From NCBI GenBank assembly GCA_051599415.1, contig AP039701.1, positions 248,001 to 312,000 on the forward strand: DNA of 64,000 nucleotides, written 5' to 3'. The number at the start of each line of letters is the position of its first letter. The first letter of the stretch is position 1. Of this stretch, positions 42,532 to 52,958 are shown piece after piece. Under the pieces are notes generated by a model. It was not told the origin of the DNA and searched no databases. It saw only the letters and a list, made by a program, of their open reading frames with translations. Source of the DNA: Savitreella phatthalungensis. Its lineage: Eukaryota. A program made the position numbers and the translations under genes.

Positions 42532-43950
42532 ATGTTGCTCTCAAACTGTTTCTTAGTCTTAGGCCTCGCCCCATCATCAGTGTGGGCAGGCGTTGCTGAA
42601 GACGTCGTCGCCGCAGGCCGATCTTGTGGTTCCGTGAATTCTCTGGTCAGCAAACTCGGTAGCGCTTCCGCTTCTTCTGCTCGGGCGTTCTGTAACAACT
42701 ACCTCGGCGTCAAGCCAACCTCGACCGTCACCGTCTCTGCTTCAGCTGTCACCACAACTACTGTATCAATCTGCCCTGGCTCCGCCAGCACCACGCCGGC
42801 AGGAGGACTGGTAAAGCGCGCGACCACAGCCAGCCGGTTCGTTCGGACGCCTGGGCCGCAATGCCCGAGTTACCTGACTGCAATCGGTACCGCAGCTCTA
42901 TCGTCCGCTTGCTCTTGTCTGACAAGCAAGACCGCAACGACGACCACCGTCACGCCAACCTCGACTGTGACAAAGTTCCAGCAGAGAACAAGCACATTCA
43001 CCTCCACTGTCACCATCCAAGCTTCTCCTCTGCTCAGCTATTCAACAGCCACACTCGTAAGCACCACCACCACAACGATTCTTTCGAACACTACGTCTAC
43101 CATCATCGAAACCGCCGACATTCAAGCAACCTCAACCTTCACCCCGGTATTCACTTACTATCGGACTCCGACAGTCACGGTGACGAGGTCCGTGACATCG
43201 ACAAGCGAACCTCAGATCATGTACAAGCGTACAGCGCCGGCGTCGGCAGCACCAGCGGCATCGTCATCCACGCCCGTCAACAACTGCAACGTGGTCGTCG
43301 TCACCACTGTGGTCACAGTCACCTCGACCTCGACCTCCACGATCGCGACCACCACCATGACCACCTCAACATTCGTCACCAGCTCTACTTTTGCAGCTTC
43401 CACAACTGCCCTCTCCACGCGAACCTTGCCTACGGCTGTCGTGATCGCGAACCCCTCAACTGTCACCGTCGACCTGCTACCGGCTAAAACCCACGTCGCC
43501 TTGAATTACCTCAACAATGGCGATTTTGAAGACCCAGGCCCACTCTCATCCACTTGGCGACCGGGAGACGAAAGACTCGGCACGGTGACAGTATTGCCTG
43601 GCGCTGGCGTCAACAACTCGACTGCTGTCGAATTTACGCCTAATGAGGGGGGCTTTGTGCAATTGGACCAGCAGCAGCCCATGACCTATCCGAAACAGTC
43701 TTCCCTGGTGTTGTCGTATGCCGGCCTTCAGGAAGGCTGCAGACTCGAGTTTCACTACGTGTTCAACGACCGCGCGATTTTCTCCACCTACGAAGGAGTT
43801 GGATCGCCTTCCTACACGGAATACGTCACCATAGACCCTGACCGCTTTGATACGTCTGTCAAGGCCAGATTTGTGTACCTGTATTACAAGTGCAAGCCTG
43901 AGATGGAAGCGCCCGTCAGGATCGATAACGTCTTCTTCGGCTCTTTGTAA
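42532..43950 (+). CDS. Secreted Thr/Ser-rich protein, copy 3
   Basis: 472 aa; same architecture (signal, AFCNNYL, ACSCL, VKR/YKR, NYLNNGDFED...RIDNVF). Confidence 0.87.
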   Translation: MLLSNCFLVLGLAPSSVWAGVAEDVVAAGRSCGSVNSLVSKLGSASASSARAFCNNYLGVKPTSTVTVSASAVTTTTVSICPGSASTTPAGGLVKRATTASRFVRTPGPQCPSYLTAIGTAALSSACSCLTSKTATTTTVTPTSTVTKFQQRTSTFTSTVTIQASPLLSYSTATLVSTTTTTILSNTTSTIIETADIQATSTFTPVFTYYRTPTVTVTRSVTSTSEPQIMYKRTAPASAAPAASSSTPVNNCNVVVVTTVVTVTSTSTSTIATTTMTTSTFVTSSTFAASTTALSTRTLPTAVVIANPSTVTVDLLPAKTHVALNYLNNGDFEDPGPLSSTWRPGDERLGTVTVLPGAGVNNSTAVEFTPNEGGFVQLDQQQPMTYPKQSSLVLSYAGLQEGCRLEFHYVFNDRAIFSTYEGVGSPSYTEYVTIDPDRFDTSVKARFVYLYYKCKPEMEAPVRIDNVFFGSL

Positions 43951-44020
43951 ATTGGTTTCCCATTCCCGGTAGCTTACATGTACATTATTTTCTCGTTCGC
44001 TGCCTCAACTCTTGAACCGT

Positions 44021-44614
44021 TCATCCTCGTCCTCGCTGTCGCTCGCGCCAGATCCTAACCCCGTCCTCCAACACCTCCCACGTCACGCCCTCCCCAACCT
44101 TCTTCCCACTCCCCATCAACCGGCCGCTCACAAGGTAGAACATCACTCCCAACTTCCTCTCGACCTCCTTATTCCTCACCTCGTCATCAAAGAACACCAT
44201 CTCGCTGTATCCCACACCTGTTGCTTTACCTATGGCTTGTATGTGTGTCACTTTGGATCCTGGATAGATCTGGATGATCCCCTCACCACACGCTTGTCCC
44301 TGTAACTCTGACAACACACTCCGACCACCAGGAAGCTGTAGGAGTGTGAGTGCGTTGCGAGCGAGATCGGGCGCGTGGGTCCGGCTAGCGATCGCGACGA
44401 CCACGTTATGCGCGAGCAGGGCGTCCACGATGTCCGGAACGTGCGGGTAGAAGGAGATCGGTTGGTTGTGGGCGTCGGTGAGGGTGAGACGGGAGGTTTG
44501 GGTAAGGGGCGGAGTGATGTGGGTATCGATCCAGAATGGCCAGAGCGTGTAGTCGAGGTCGAAGATAACAACGCGTGGTAGGGGTCCACCGTCGTCGAGT
44601 ACAGCGGTTGACAT
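44021..44614 (-). CDS. MDP1: Magnesium-dependent phosphatase 1 (HAD superfamily)
   Basis: ATG 44614; VIFDLDYTLWPFW, IASRT, IYPGSK, MVFFDDE motifs. Confidence 0.92.
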   Translation of the reverse strand: MSTAVLDDGGPLPRVVIFDLDYTLWPFWIDTHITPPLTQTSRLTLTDAHNQPISFYPHVPDIVDALLAHNVVVAIASRTHAPDLARNALTLLQLPGGRSVLSELQGQACGEGIIQIYPGSKVTHIQAIGKATGVGYSEMVFFDDEVRNKEVERKLGVMFYLVSGRLMGSGKKVGEGVTWEVLEDGVRIWRERQRGRG

Positions 44615-44783
44615 GGACGATGGTGGTGGTAGAGGGGTCAACGAGCAAAAGGGAGGGTTTTACGCAGTGACGTCAAAAAAGAATAAAGTGTGGTGTGTGG
44701 GGAGAAAAGAGAATAAGAATCTGGAGGTTTTGGAAAAAATAAAATACGTACACGATCGAGATCAGGAGTCGGGGTTTCGATCT

Positions 44784-47318
44784 CTAGTCTCTGGAAGGAG
44801 CGAGTCGACGGGCTTCGTCGTTGCGCTTCATCTGCTCGATCCGCTCCCGTAGCTTGGCTGTGAGGTTTGCAGCATTGGCGAAATCTGCTTTAGCCGCAGA
44901 GACGCCGCCGGTGGGTGGCTGTGGTTGTGGTTGTGGGGCGGACTGTGCGTGGTGTGATGGTGTGTGGTTTGCGGATGAGGAGGAGGGGCGTTGAGGTGAT
45001 GGGATGGAGGTTGGTTTGCCCTGTGGGAGGCGAGAGAATCTCAGATTTTCCTTCTCATCAGAGGCGTGGGTTCTGGCTGGGGAGGCCGGTGCGTGAGGGG
45101 GTGGGGAGATGCTGACAGGGACAGCATCGAATGCTTGTGATCTGACATGTCTGACGCCGGCCAGTTGCGCTTTCAGTGCTTCGATCTCGCGCTCGTACTT
45201 GGACCCGAGCAGGCGGGCGGCTTGGAGGTCTCGCTGGAGAATCGACAGCTGTTTCGCTCGACCGTCTTCCTGCACGGCTTCCTTAGCGTGCGAGTCAATC
45301 AGCGATGCGTGCTTCATCTGGAGTTCTTGCACCTGCGCACGTAGCCGAGCGAGCTCTTCCCGATCGGCAGCTGTTGCTAGCCAGTTCTGACGCTGTGTCC
45401 GGAGCTGCTCGAGCTCAGCGCGCTCAGCTGCTGAGAGAGCGCCGGCTGCTGAGCTGGAAGAGCCATCGCCATTGGGTGTGCCACGGTGTAGCGTCTGGGC
45501 AGTCGGTCTCATGAGCGTGCGCTTCGGTGATGAGGCTGAGCCAGATAGACCTGAGGCATCGCTCGGCCTTGTGAGCCTGGATCCTGCGGATGTCAAAGAC
45601 TTGCCTGCAACTGTTGATTGGCGGGAAACACCGTACCCAGAACTGACGACCTTCTTGCGTGCCGGCGAGCTGGGAGGGTTTAATGCCGAGGCTGCTGGGA
45701 GTGTGGGTGCCTTTCTGAGCTGCCCTGTCGACGTGGAGGAGGCTGTCTTTTTGACGGGCGCTCGTGAGGTAGGTGCGGATGCAGGCGCAGAGGCAGACGG
45801 TGACGGCGCTTTTGCCTTGGTCGTCGCACTTCCGCAGAATTCCTGAACTTTCGCCTTGCGTATGTCGTCAACGCCTTCCAGGTATGCGCCCATAGCCCGT
45901 TCGCCGACGAGCTTCATTAGCGTGCCCAGGGCTTCTGCTGCTGCGTCACGCACTTTGGCGTCTGTGTCGCCGAGTAGCGGGACGACTCCTTCAGCAAGTG
46001 CCTTGACGTCGTCTTTGCGCGGGAATGTGGGTGTGGTGGCGAGTGCGCGTGCTGTGAAGAGGAGGATCTGTAGACGGACGGATGGATTTTTGTTCTTGAC
46101 GAGGGAGAGGACTTCTTCGGTGATGTCGTCAAAGGTGGTTGTGGCGAAGAGTGCGTCGAGGGCGGCGGCGATGGCGTCGACGACGTTCTGCTTCTTCTCC
46201 TTGAATCGCTCTGCCATGGGTGTGAAGAGGACGTTACGGTAGTGTCCGAACGACCGCTTCAGGCCCTTTGCCAGGTTCTCCACACAGTTCGCTGCTAGGC
46301 CGACGCACACGACGTTCGCGTCCTTCTGTACACACCGTGCCAGCGATCGAACCACGTCACCAAAATCACCCTCTCGAATCCTCGGAACCGCACTCGCAGC
46401 CACCAGCACATCCAAGACCTCCTTCCTGTCCTTCCACTTTGCCGAACCCATAGCCTCATCAAAGTTAGACGGTACCTGTGCGAGGACATCGACTGGCTCT
46501 GCAAGGTCGAATGCGTCGATGGGTTCGTCTGCCTGGGTTGCGTCATCTGCATTGTCGTTGCCTGCGGCGGCTGCTGCCTCTTGAGCTGCCTTTTGGGATC
46601 GCAGTAGGCGGTCCTGCTTGACGTCACCGACCGTTATGCTCTCGAATGCGGTCTCCAGCTCTTTCACCTGGACCGGTTTCAGGTCAGCGAGGAGCATCGG
46701 CCGGACTGCATCTCCCAGCCAGCGGTAGAGTGTGATGGCGAGCTCGAGCGCCTCCGCACGCACGTTCTTGTCTGCATGGGAGAAGAGTTTTGGGAGTGCC
46801 TGGACTGCAGGCTTTGCCTTGACAGTCTTTGCACCAAACGCCGCGTAGATGTGTCTGATGGCGGACGCCGTGGCCGCAACGAGCTTTGGCAGTTTTGCAG
46901 ACAGGCCAGGGATGAGGTCCTCAATCACGGGTTCACCAGCCTCGAGCTCGACGTACATCAGACACGCGTCGATCGCCTTCTGCTTTGTTCCTGCACGAGT
47001 TGACCCGAGACACTTGTCTACGAGTGCTGGGACGACGGTTGCTCGAGTCTTGAGCGCGTTCGATGTACCTGCATATTCAAGGTATGCTAGGAGGAGTGCA
47101 ACACCTGCTTCCTGAGCGACGACGTTTGCGTCCTTGCATGCTTTCACCAGCAGGTCTGGATCATTGTTGAATGGTCTGAAGCAGGGAGCACCTTCGTCTG
47201 GTGATGTCTGGATAGCTTTTGTGCATTCCTCGTACGCGCCTAGCCGTACTTTCCAGACCTTGTGAACCAGTCTGTCTGGTAAGGGCAATGTACTATAATC
47301 TTCTTCCTGATCCGCCAT
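44784..47318 (-). CDS. STU2: XMAP215-family TOG microtubule polymerase (Stu2/Alp14/Dis1)
   Basis: 844 aa; TOG1 HKVWKVR, DANVVAQE, LFSHADKNVR; TOG2 SAKWKDRKE, KEKK; Ser/Lys-rich linker and coiled coil. Confidence 0.93.
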   Translation of the reverse strand: MADQEEDYSTLPLPDRLVHKVWKVRLGAYEECTKAIQTSPDEGAPCFRPFNNDPDLLVKACKDANVVAQEAGVALLLAYLEYAGTSNALKTRATVVPALVDKCLGSTRAGTKQKAIDACLMYVELEAGEPVIEDLIPGLSAKLPKLVAATASAIRHIYAAFGAKTVKAKPAVQALPKLFSHADKNVRAEALELAITLYRWLGDAVRPMLLADLKPVQVKELETAFESITVGDVKQDRLLRSQKAAQEAAAAAGNDNADDATQADEPIDAFDLAEPVDVLAQVPSNFDEAMGSAKWKDRKEVLDVLVAASAVPRIREGDFGDVVRSLARCVQKDANVVCVGLAANCVENLAKGLKRSFGHYRNVLFTPMAERFKEKKQNVVDAIAAALDALFATTTFDDITEEVLSLVKNKNPSVRLQILLFTARALATTPTFPRKDDVKALAEGVVPLLGDTDAKVRDAAAEALGTLMKLVGERAMGAYLEGVDDIRKAKVQEFCGSATTKAKAPSPSASAPASAPTSRAPVKKTASSTSTGQLRKAPTLPAASALNPPSSPARKKVVSSGYGVSRQSTVAGKSLTSAGSRLTRPSDASGLSGSASSPKRTLMRPTAQTLHRGTPNGDGSSSSAAGALSAAERAELEQLRTQRQNWLATAADREELARLRAQVQELQMKHASLIDSHAKEAVQEDGRAKQLSILQRDLQAARLLGSKYEREIEALKAQLAGVRHVRSQAFDAVPVSISPPPHAPASPARTHASDEKENLRFSRLPQGKPTSIPSPQRPSSSSANHTPSHHAQSAPQPQPQPPTGGVSAAKADFANAANLTAKLRERIEQMKRNDEARRLAPSRD

Positions 47319-47656
47319 GTGTGAGTCAAACGATGGCTACAGGTAATGCAAAACGGAAGAAAGACCGAAAGGGGCGGAGTGTAGATGTATGTCGAGTCTT
47401 GAGGATGATGTTGATGATGTTGTTGATGTTGTTGTTGTTGTGTAACCTGGCGTTCGTGTGTGTGTGCGTTTGTGCGTTTGTTTACAAATTTTCCCGAGCG
47501 ATTTGGATGCACGTGAGAGTTCGATGTCAATGCACAAAATTCAACTCACTTACTTGACCACTCAAACACACTCGTACAAGCCGTCTATTCGAGTCACTGG
47601 AGTAGACTGCTGGGCATGCTGAAGGATCTCCTTTGCCCTTAGTTTTGTTTGGGTAG

Positions 47657-48289
47657 ATGACACTGCTGTTGATAGGTCTCGGTAACCCTGGTGCTCGGTA
47701 CGCCGGTACACGTCACAATGCAGGGCCTGTAGTGCTACGACTGCTTGCAGAGGAGTTGCGGTTTGGTGGATGGGCTCGTGGGGTGGCTGGCTCGTTCGCT
47801 GAGGGTGTGTATGGTGGGAGGAAGATCGTGGCGTGTACACTTGACAGCTACATGAATGCTTCTGGTCCTGCGGCGCTCAGGGCGATCAAGCATGTAAGCC
47901 CTGGAGCGTTCTGCATCGTCCATGACGAGCTCGATTTGCCGCTCGGCAGTATCAGGCTCAGGGAGAGGGGGATGGCGAGAGGGCATAATGGACTGAGGTC
48001 GTGTATAGCGACGCTCCCTGAACGTGATACGTTTTGGAGACTTGGCGTAGGAATATCTCGGCCTGAGTTTGGCGAGCTGACTGTCGAAGAGGCAGTGGCG
48101 CTGACGAAGGCTTCGGGGAACGCTCTTGCAAGACTCTCGACAAAGGGAGTCGATAGGTCAAAGGATGGCGCGGTCACGAAACACGTCCTCTCGGATTTCT
48201 CGAGAGGCAACCTCGAGGTTCTTCGCCAGGTGACACTTCCGAGCATGTACATCGCACTAGATACGTTGTTAAGGGCACCGCAACAATGA
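47657..48289 (+). CDS. PTH1: Peptidyl-tRNA hydrolase (Pth1 type)
   Basis: IGLGNPG, TRHNAG, YMNASG, VHDELDL, GHNGLRS, RLGVGISRP, HVLSDF. Confidence 0.93.
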   Translation: MTLLLIGLGNPGARYAGTRHNAGPVVLRLLAEELRFGGWARGVAGSFAEGVYGGRKIVACTLDSYMNASGPAALRAIKHVSPGAFCIVHDELDLPLGSIRLRERGMARGHNGLRSCIATLPERDTFWRLGVGISRPEFGELTVEEAVALTKASGNALARLSTKGVDRSKDGAVTKHVLSDFSRGNLEVLRQVTLPSMYIALDTLLRAPQQ

Positions 48290-48368
48290 TAATGATCTAT
48301 GATGAAAAGAGTGGATGGGTGAGTCGAAGAGAAGGAGAGATGAAGTCGACATATCTTGGCTCATCGCT

Positions 48369-50438
48369 TTAAGCAGATGCCTGAGCCTCTGCAGAGGCGG
48401 GAGCGGCTTCGGCCGGAAGGGGCTCGGAGGCCTCACCATCCTGGGCGGGCTGCTCGCCGTCCTTGCTGCCGTGCTTCTCATTCCAGTCGCGGAGGACATC
48501 GAGTGCTTCCGAGACCTTGCCCTTGAGCTGTTCGTCGTCCTCGAGCAATGCGAGAATCTCTGCATTGTCCATCTCCAGCAGCATACCCGTGATCTTGCCT
48601 GCGAGAGCTGGCTCGGATTGCTGGACCTTCGGGTACAGAGCTTCGCCGAGCATCTGCTTCTGGTTTTCGGGAGATGCAGAGGCGAGAAGGGATGACGATA
48701 GAGCGGACATGTCGAATGCGCCGCCGTTGCCATTCTGCTGCTGTTGCTGTTGCTGCTGGCGCATAGGGCCGTTGCCACGGGGACCCATGGGCTGGCGCAT
48801 TGGTCCACCGCGACCTGCACCACCGCCACGGGGTCCGCCCTGCTGCTGACCGAATTGCGGCGGGTAGCCACCGAACTGACCACCCATAGGCGGACCGTAC
48901 ATGCCTGGCATGCCACCACGACCGCCCTGGCCGCCTGCGCCGCCCTGCTGCTGTCCCTGAGGCGGGAAGCCACCACGCTGACCACCAGGTCCACCCATCA
49001 TGCCCGGGAACTGACCTGGCATCGGTCCACCACGACCTCCAGCGAAGAAATGACCCTGAGGACCAGGGAAGTAGCCGTTCATACCGCCGGCGAAACCACC
49101 CATACCCTGGGCAACCTGCTGCTGCATGCGAAGCTGGTTGCGTGCCTGGATTTGTGCCTCGAGCTGGTTGCGACGCTGCTCCTTGCGCTGTGCGAGGGCG
49201 ACGTAGAGAGGCTTGCCGTTCAGCATCCGCTGGTTCATCTCCGTGATTGCCTTGTTGGCCTCCTCTGGCGAGGAGAAGCAGACAAAGCCGAAACCCTTGG
49301 ACTTGTTGACCTCGTCCAGCATCACCTTGGCAGAGGTGATGTCACCGAATGGCTCAAACTCGGCACGGAGCTTGTCATCGTCAACGTCGTCGTCCAGGTT
49401 CTTCACAAACAGGTTAACGCCCTGGTACTTGGACATCTTCTCCTGCTTTGCGTTTTCGTACGATCGACGGAGCTCCTCCTGACGCTCGTACTTCTTCTGC
49501 GCGCGACCGACGTACAGCTTCTTGCCCTTGAAGTCCTTGTCGTTCAACTCGTCGCAGGCCTTCTCTGCAGCCTCGTGCTCGGTAAAGTTGACGAATCCGA
49601 AGCCGCGCGAGCTGCCGTCGTGGTCGAGAGCTAGAGCACATGAGGTCACCTCACCGTAAGGCTTGAAGAGGTCCTCGAACTCCTCCTGTGTAGCCTCGAG
49701 GTCGATGTTCTTGACATAGACGTTGGTGAAGTTTGCACGCTGGTGCTCGATCTTGGAGTATCGCTCCTTCTTGCTGACGTGAGGGCCGACGTAGACCTTC
49801 TTGTCGTTGAGAAGCATGCCGTTGACCTGCTTGACGGCCTCCTGGGCAGCGACGTCGGTCTCGAAGTGGACAAAGCCAAAGCCCTTGCTGTTTCCGTAGT
49901 CGTCTGTGGCGACTTTGCAGGAGAGGATGTTGCCAAAGGCGGCAAAGGTGTCGTGAAGAGCCTTGTTGTCGATAGCGGCGTCAAGGTTCTTGATGAAGAC
50001 GTTACCGCTGCCAGTCTTGCGAAGGGAAGGGTCACGCTGCGACCACATGATACGGCAGGGCTTTCCCTTGATCGGCTCGTAGTTGAGCTCCTCGAGAGCC
50101 CGGTCACCGTCTGCGGGGTTCTGGAAGTTGACGTATGCGTAGCCGAGAGAGCGACGGGTGACGGCATCACGGCAGACACGAATGGAAGCGACCGGGCCGA
50201 TTGAGTTGAAGAGCTCGAAAAGCATGGCCTCGGTGACGGATGGGTCGAGTTCACCGACGTAGAGAGAGGTCGACTGACGTGCATCTGCCGATGACTGCTT
50301 CTCGTTGGAAGACGGGGTGGACTCGGAGTTTGAGTCGTTGTTGGCGGCAGCAGAGGCAGATGCCTGCTGCTGCTGCTGCTCAGACTCGACTGCGGCGGCA
50401 GGAGCCTGGTTGTTGGAAGAAGTCTCTGCAGACGACAT
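48369..50438 (-). CDS. PAB1: Cytoplasmic poly(A)-binding protein
   Basis: Four RRMs ([41 protein letters not shown]), Gly/Gln linker, MLLE domain [10 protein letters not shown]. Confidence 0.98.
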   Translation of the reverse strand: MSSAETSSNNQAPAAAVESEQQQQQASASAAANNDSNSESTPSSNEKQSSADARQSTSLYVGELDPSVTEAMLFELFNSIGPVASIRVCRDAVTRRSLGYAYVNFQNPADGDRALEELNYEPIKGKPCRIMWSQRDPSLRKTGSGNVFIKNLDAAIDNKALHDTFAAFGNILSCKVATDDYGNSKGFGFVHFETDVAAQEAVKQVNGMLLNDKKVYVGPHVSKKERYSKIEHQRANFTNVYVKNIDLEATQEEFEDLFKPYGEVTSCALALDHDGSSRGFGFVNFTEHEAAEKACDELNDKDFKGKKLYVGRAQKKYERQEELRRSYENAKQEKMSKYQGVNLFVKNLDDDVDDDKLRAEFEPFGDITSAKVMLDEVNKSKGFGFVCFSSPEEANKAITEMNQRMLNGKPLYVALAQRKEQRRNQLEAQIQARNQLRMQQQVAQGMGGFAGGMNGYFPGPQGHFFAGGRGGPMPGQFPGMMGGPGGQRGGFPPQGQQQGGAGGQGGRGGMPGMYGPPMGGQFGGYPPQFGQQQGGPRGGGAGRGGPMRQPMGPRGNGPMRQQQQQQQQNGNGGAFDMSALSSSLLASASPENQKQMLGEALYPKVQQSEPALAGKITGMLLEMDNAEILALLEDDEQLKGKVSEALDVLRDWNEKHGSKDGEQPAQDGEASEPLPAEAAPASAEAQASA

Positions 50439-50984
50439 GACTTATTTTCTCGGTTTTTCTGATCTGGGAGGGGAGGAGAGGTTAGCGTCTGTATGTGAGA
50501 AAGTGAGAGGGAGTCCGTCTTGTCACTGTCATTCAAGCACGATCTCCAGTCACAATCACCTTCGCAGTTGCTTACGCCACTGCTGACAAGAATGATCGGT
50601 GCTGGAGATATGCTGCCTTGGACAGTCACAAGAGACGAGAGAGCTGAATGGCTTACTTTTTTGGAATCAAAGTTTTTTATGGGTGCCCGGGCGAGTCTGA
50701 AGGGTTAGTATGATGTGCTTGCGCAAACCGAAAAGGTCGAAGGTGTAAGACAGAGAATGCTGAATGCTGGCTGCCGAGGATGATGACCCTGACAGGTTAC
50801 CTTCGGTAGAAGGAGTAGTTGGTGAAGTAGATGGAGATTCGATTGAGCCGGCGTCCCTGTTTATCCAACGAGCCTTCCCTGATTGAGATAGAAAGTGACT
50901 TACCCTTCGATTTGAAGATCTCTAGCTTCGCCTGGAGAAGCGTGCTGTTGCGACTAGGATGACTTCTTGAGAGGAGGACAGAGA

Positions 50985-51025
50985 GGAGAGTGAGAGTGAG
51001 AGTGAGAGTGAGGGTGAGAGTAAGA
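50985..51025. repeat. (GAGAGT)n simple repeat
   Basis: gagagtgagagtgagagtgagagtgagggtgagagtaagagt in the PAB1/YTH intergenic region. Confidence 0.8.
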
Positions 51026-51593
51026 GTGTTGCGCGTGCAGTAGTGGTTGGTTGCCTACTGTGTCTGTGTCACTCTGCGTGTGTGTGCGTGAGTGAGTGAA
51101 TGAGTGTATGAGGACAGGATACTGGAGAGACTGGAAACTATGATATGCACGTGATTCTTGCATTTCCTGAAAGGACAAAAAAGTTTTTGAAGAAAATTTT
51201 CAATTTTGAATTTCGGAGAAGAAACCCTGCATCGAGAGAGCGAGTTAGGCGATGCACAACAACAGAATGCACGAGTGAGCAATTGTGGCGCACACCCATC
51301 GACTGGAACATGTGAGTTGTGGCTGGCACAGCCTGGTCACGTGCATGATAGTTTTGTCTGGCACAAGCTCAGTGTCACGTGTTACAGAGCCTGACACAAG
51401 GGATGCACGGCCCTAGCACAGCGTAGACTGTACACTTCTCTCGCGCCCTTCCTTCTTCTGCTCATCTCCTACCTCTGTGCGCTGTGCTCTGCAGTTCCGT
51501 GCTGCCCTCGCGACTTCTGTCCTCTATCTTGGGTCTCTTTCCCCTGGTTGGCGTGCCCGACCGGATCTTCTCCCGCGGCCTGAACGTCACGCG

Positions 51594-52865
51594 ATGAGTC
51601 GTGACGGTGGTCGCGGGTACGGTCGCTCTCAGCCGTATCGCGATCGTGATCGTGATGGCGACTACGATCGCTCTCGCCGTCCTCAGATCTCTGACCTCCC
51701 TCCTCGACGCTTCGACGATGCACGGATACGGCATCGGGCGGTAGACGTTCTCCACCGGCTGGCGCCTTCCTTTGACGGTCGGCGAATGGATCTCTCTAGT
51801 GTGTACCCTGCTCCACCTTTCCCGGCTACCGACGACAGAGATCCACACTCCAGACCTTCCTTCCACTGGCCGTCGTTCTCTCGGTCGCGCGGCCACCAGG
51901 CGCGCAAGCGCAGCCGTCACGATCTCGATTCCTCTTCGGCTGAACCTCCGCCTTCGGCCTCCCGGCGGCACAGTCTCCACCGTTCGCGCGGGAGCCGGTC
52001 GCCTGTGTCTCGGGAGGCTGTGGTAGCGAGGTTGATTGAGCTTGACGGTGGTATTGTGCGGGCTCCATGGGATGGTGGATTGCGCGTTGCTCGTGAGGAG
52101 CTTGTGGGTGTGCTTCGTGAGATGGACGAGGCCGCCGCCGCTGCAACAGCTCACGCAATCGACCCGCGCGCCAGGCATCAGCAACCCAGCGCACCAGCCG
52201 GTGCAACACGCATCTTCGTCTTTGCACTCACACCACACGTCGCCTACCGCGCCAGACTCGAAGGCTGTGTCGGGCTACCGCCTGGCGACCACCCGTCGCT
52301 CCGGGCGGTGGGTGATGCGATTGATGATGGTGTGCGGGCTGGCAAGGTTCTGATCATCTTTGTTGCTGGGGGCGATTCTCGGTGGGTGTTGGGGTACGCT
52401 GAGGTTGAAGGATCTAGGAACTTGGGACTACGACCGACGACTGCCACCGATGATGACCCCGTCTGGTGGCCAATCAATTACCTGCGCCCTGCATCCGTCA
52501 TCATTCCTGCTTCGAGCGAGGAAGATGATCGTGGCAGTGTACATCGAGTCGAAGCGCGCGTTGGAGAGCTGGAGTATGAGTATGGATCGACGGTCCTGTC
52601 GATGGTGAAGGAGTTTGGCAAGCGCTGTAACACATTGGGCGAGTTTGAATCGCGCAGTCATGGCGGCAGAGCTTCACGTGCACTCCCATTCGACTTGCTG
52701 CCGCTGGTGAAAGCGGGTGTGGGTGTGAATGCGCATGACCAGAAAGGTGATGGTGATAGCAGCCACAACTTTGACGAGGACACTGAAGAAGGGGAAGTGC
52801 CGCCACCCGCAGAGGTACCTGTACCACCAGAATTGCACTCTGAGGATGAACTGCTTGACGATTGA
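51594..52865 (+). CDS. Arg/Ser-rich protein with divergent C-terminal YTH domain, Mmi1-like
   Basis: ATG 51594 (start uncertain); RD/RS-rich N-half; TRIFVF...VLIIFVAGGDSRWVLGYAEV...WPINYL...EARVGELEYEYGSTVLSMV follows the YTH pattern; acidic tail. Confidence 0.65.
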   Translation: MSRDGGRGYGRSQPYRDRDRDGDYDRSRRPQISDLPPRRFDDARIRHRAVDVLHRLAPSFDGRRMDLSSVYPAPPFPATDDRDPHSRPSFHWPSFSRSRGHQARKRSRHDLDSSSAEPPPSASRRHSLHRSRGSRSPVSREAVVARLIELDGGIVRAPWDGGLRVAREELVGVLREMDEAAAAATAHAIDPRARHQQPSAPAGATRIFVFALTPHVAYRARLEGCVGLPPGDHPSLRAVGDAIDDGVRAGKVLIIFVAGGDSRWVLGYAEVEGSRNLGLRPTTATDDDPVWWPINYLRPASVIIPASSEEDDRGSVHRVEARVGELEYEYGSTVLSMVKEFGKRCNTLGEFESRSHGGRASRALPFDLLPLVKAGVGVNAHDQKGDGDSSHNFDEDTEEGEVPPPAEVPVPPELHSEDELLDD

Positions 52866-52958
52866 CCACTTAGACCCGATCGATGCGAGGATTGCAACAA
52901 ATAGACATATCAAGATTTTTTGTATAGCTACAAAGACGAAGCTGGAAAACAGTGCTTA

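Noticed and set aside
37845..43487. His/Arg-rich alternative-frame ORFs within the Thr-rich genes
   Set aside because: Frame-shifted reading of ACN-rich codons.
48744..50629. Long alternative-frame and antisense ORFs over PAB1 (296 and 327 aa)
   Set aside because: Shadow ORFs expected from strong codon bias; no recognisable protein features.
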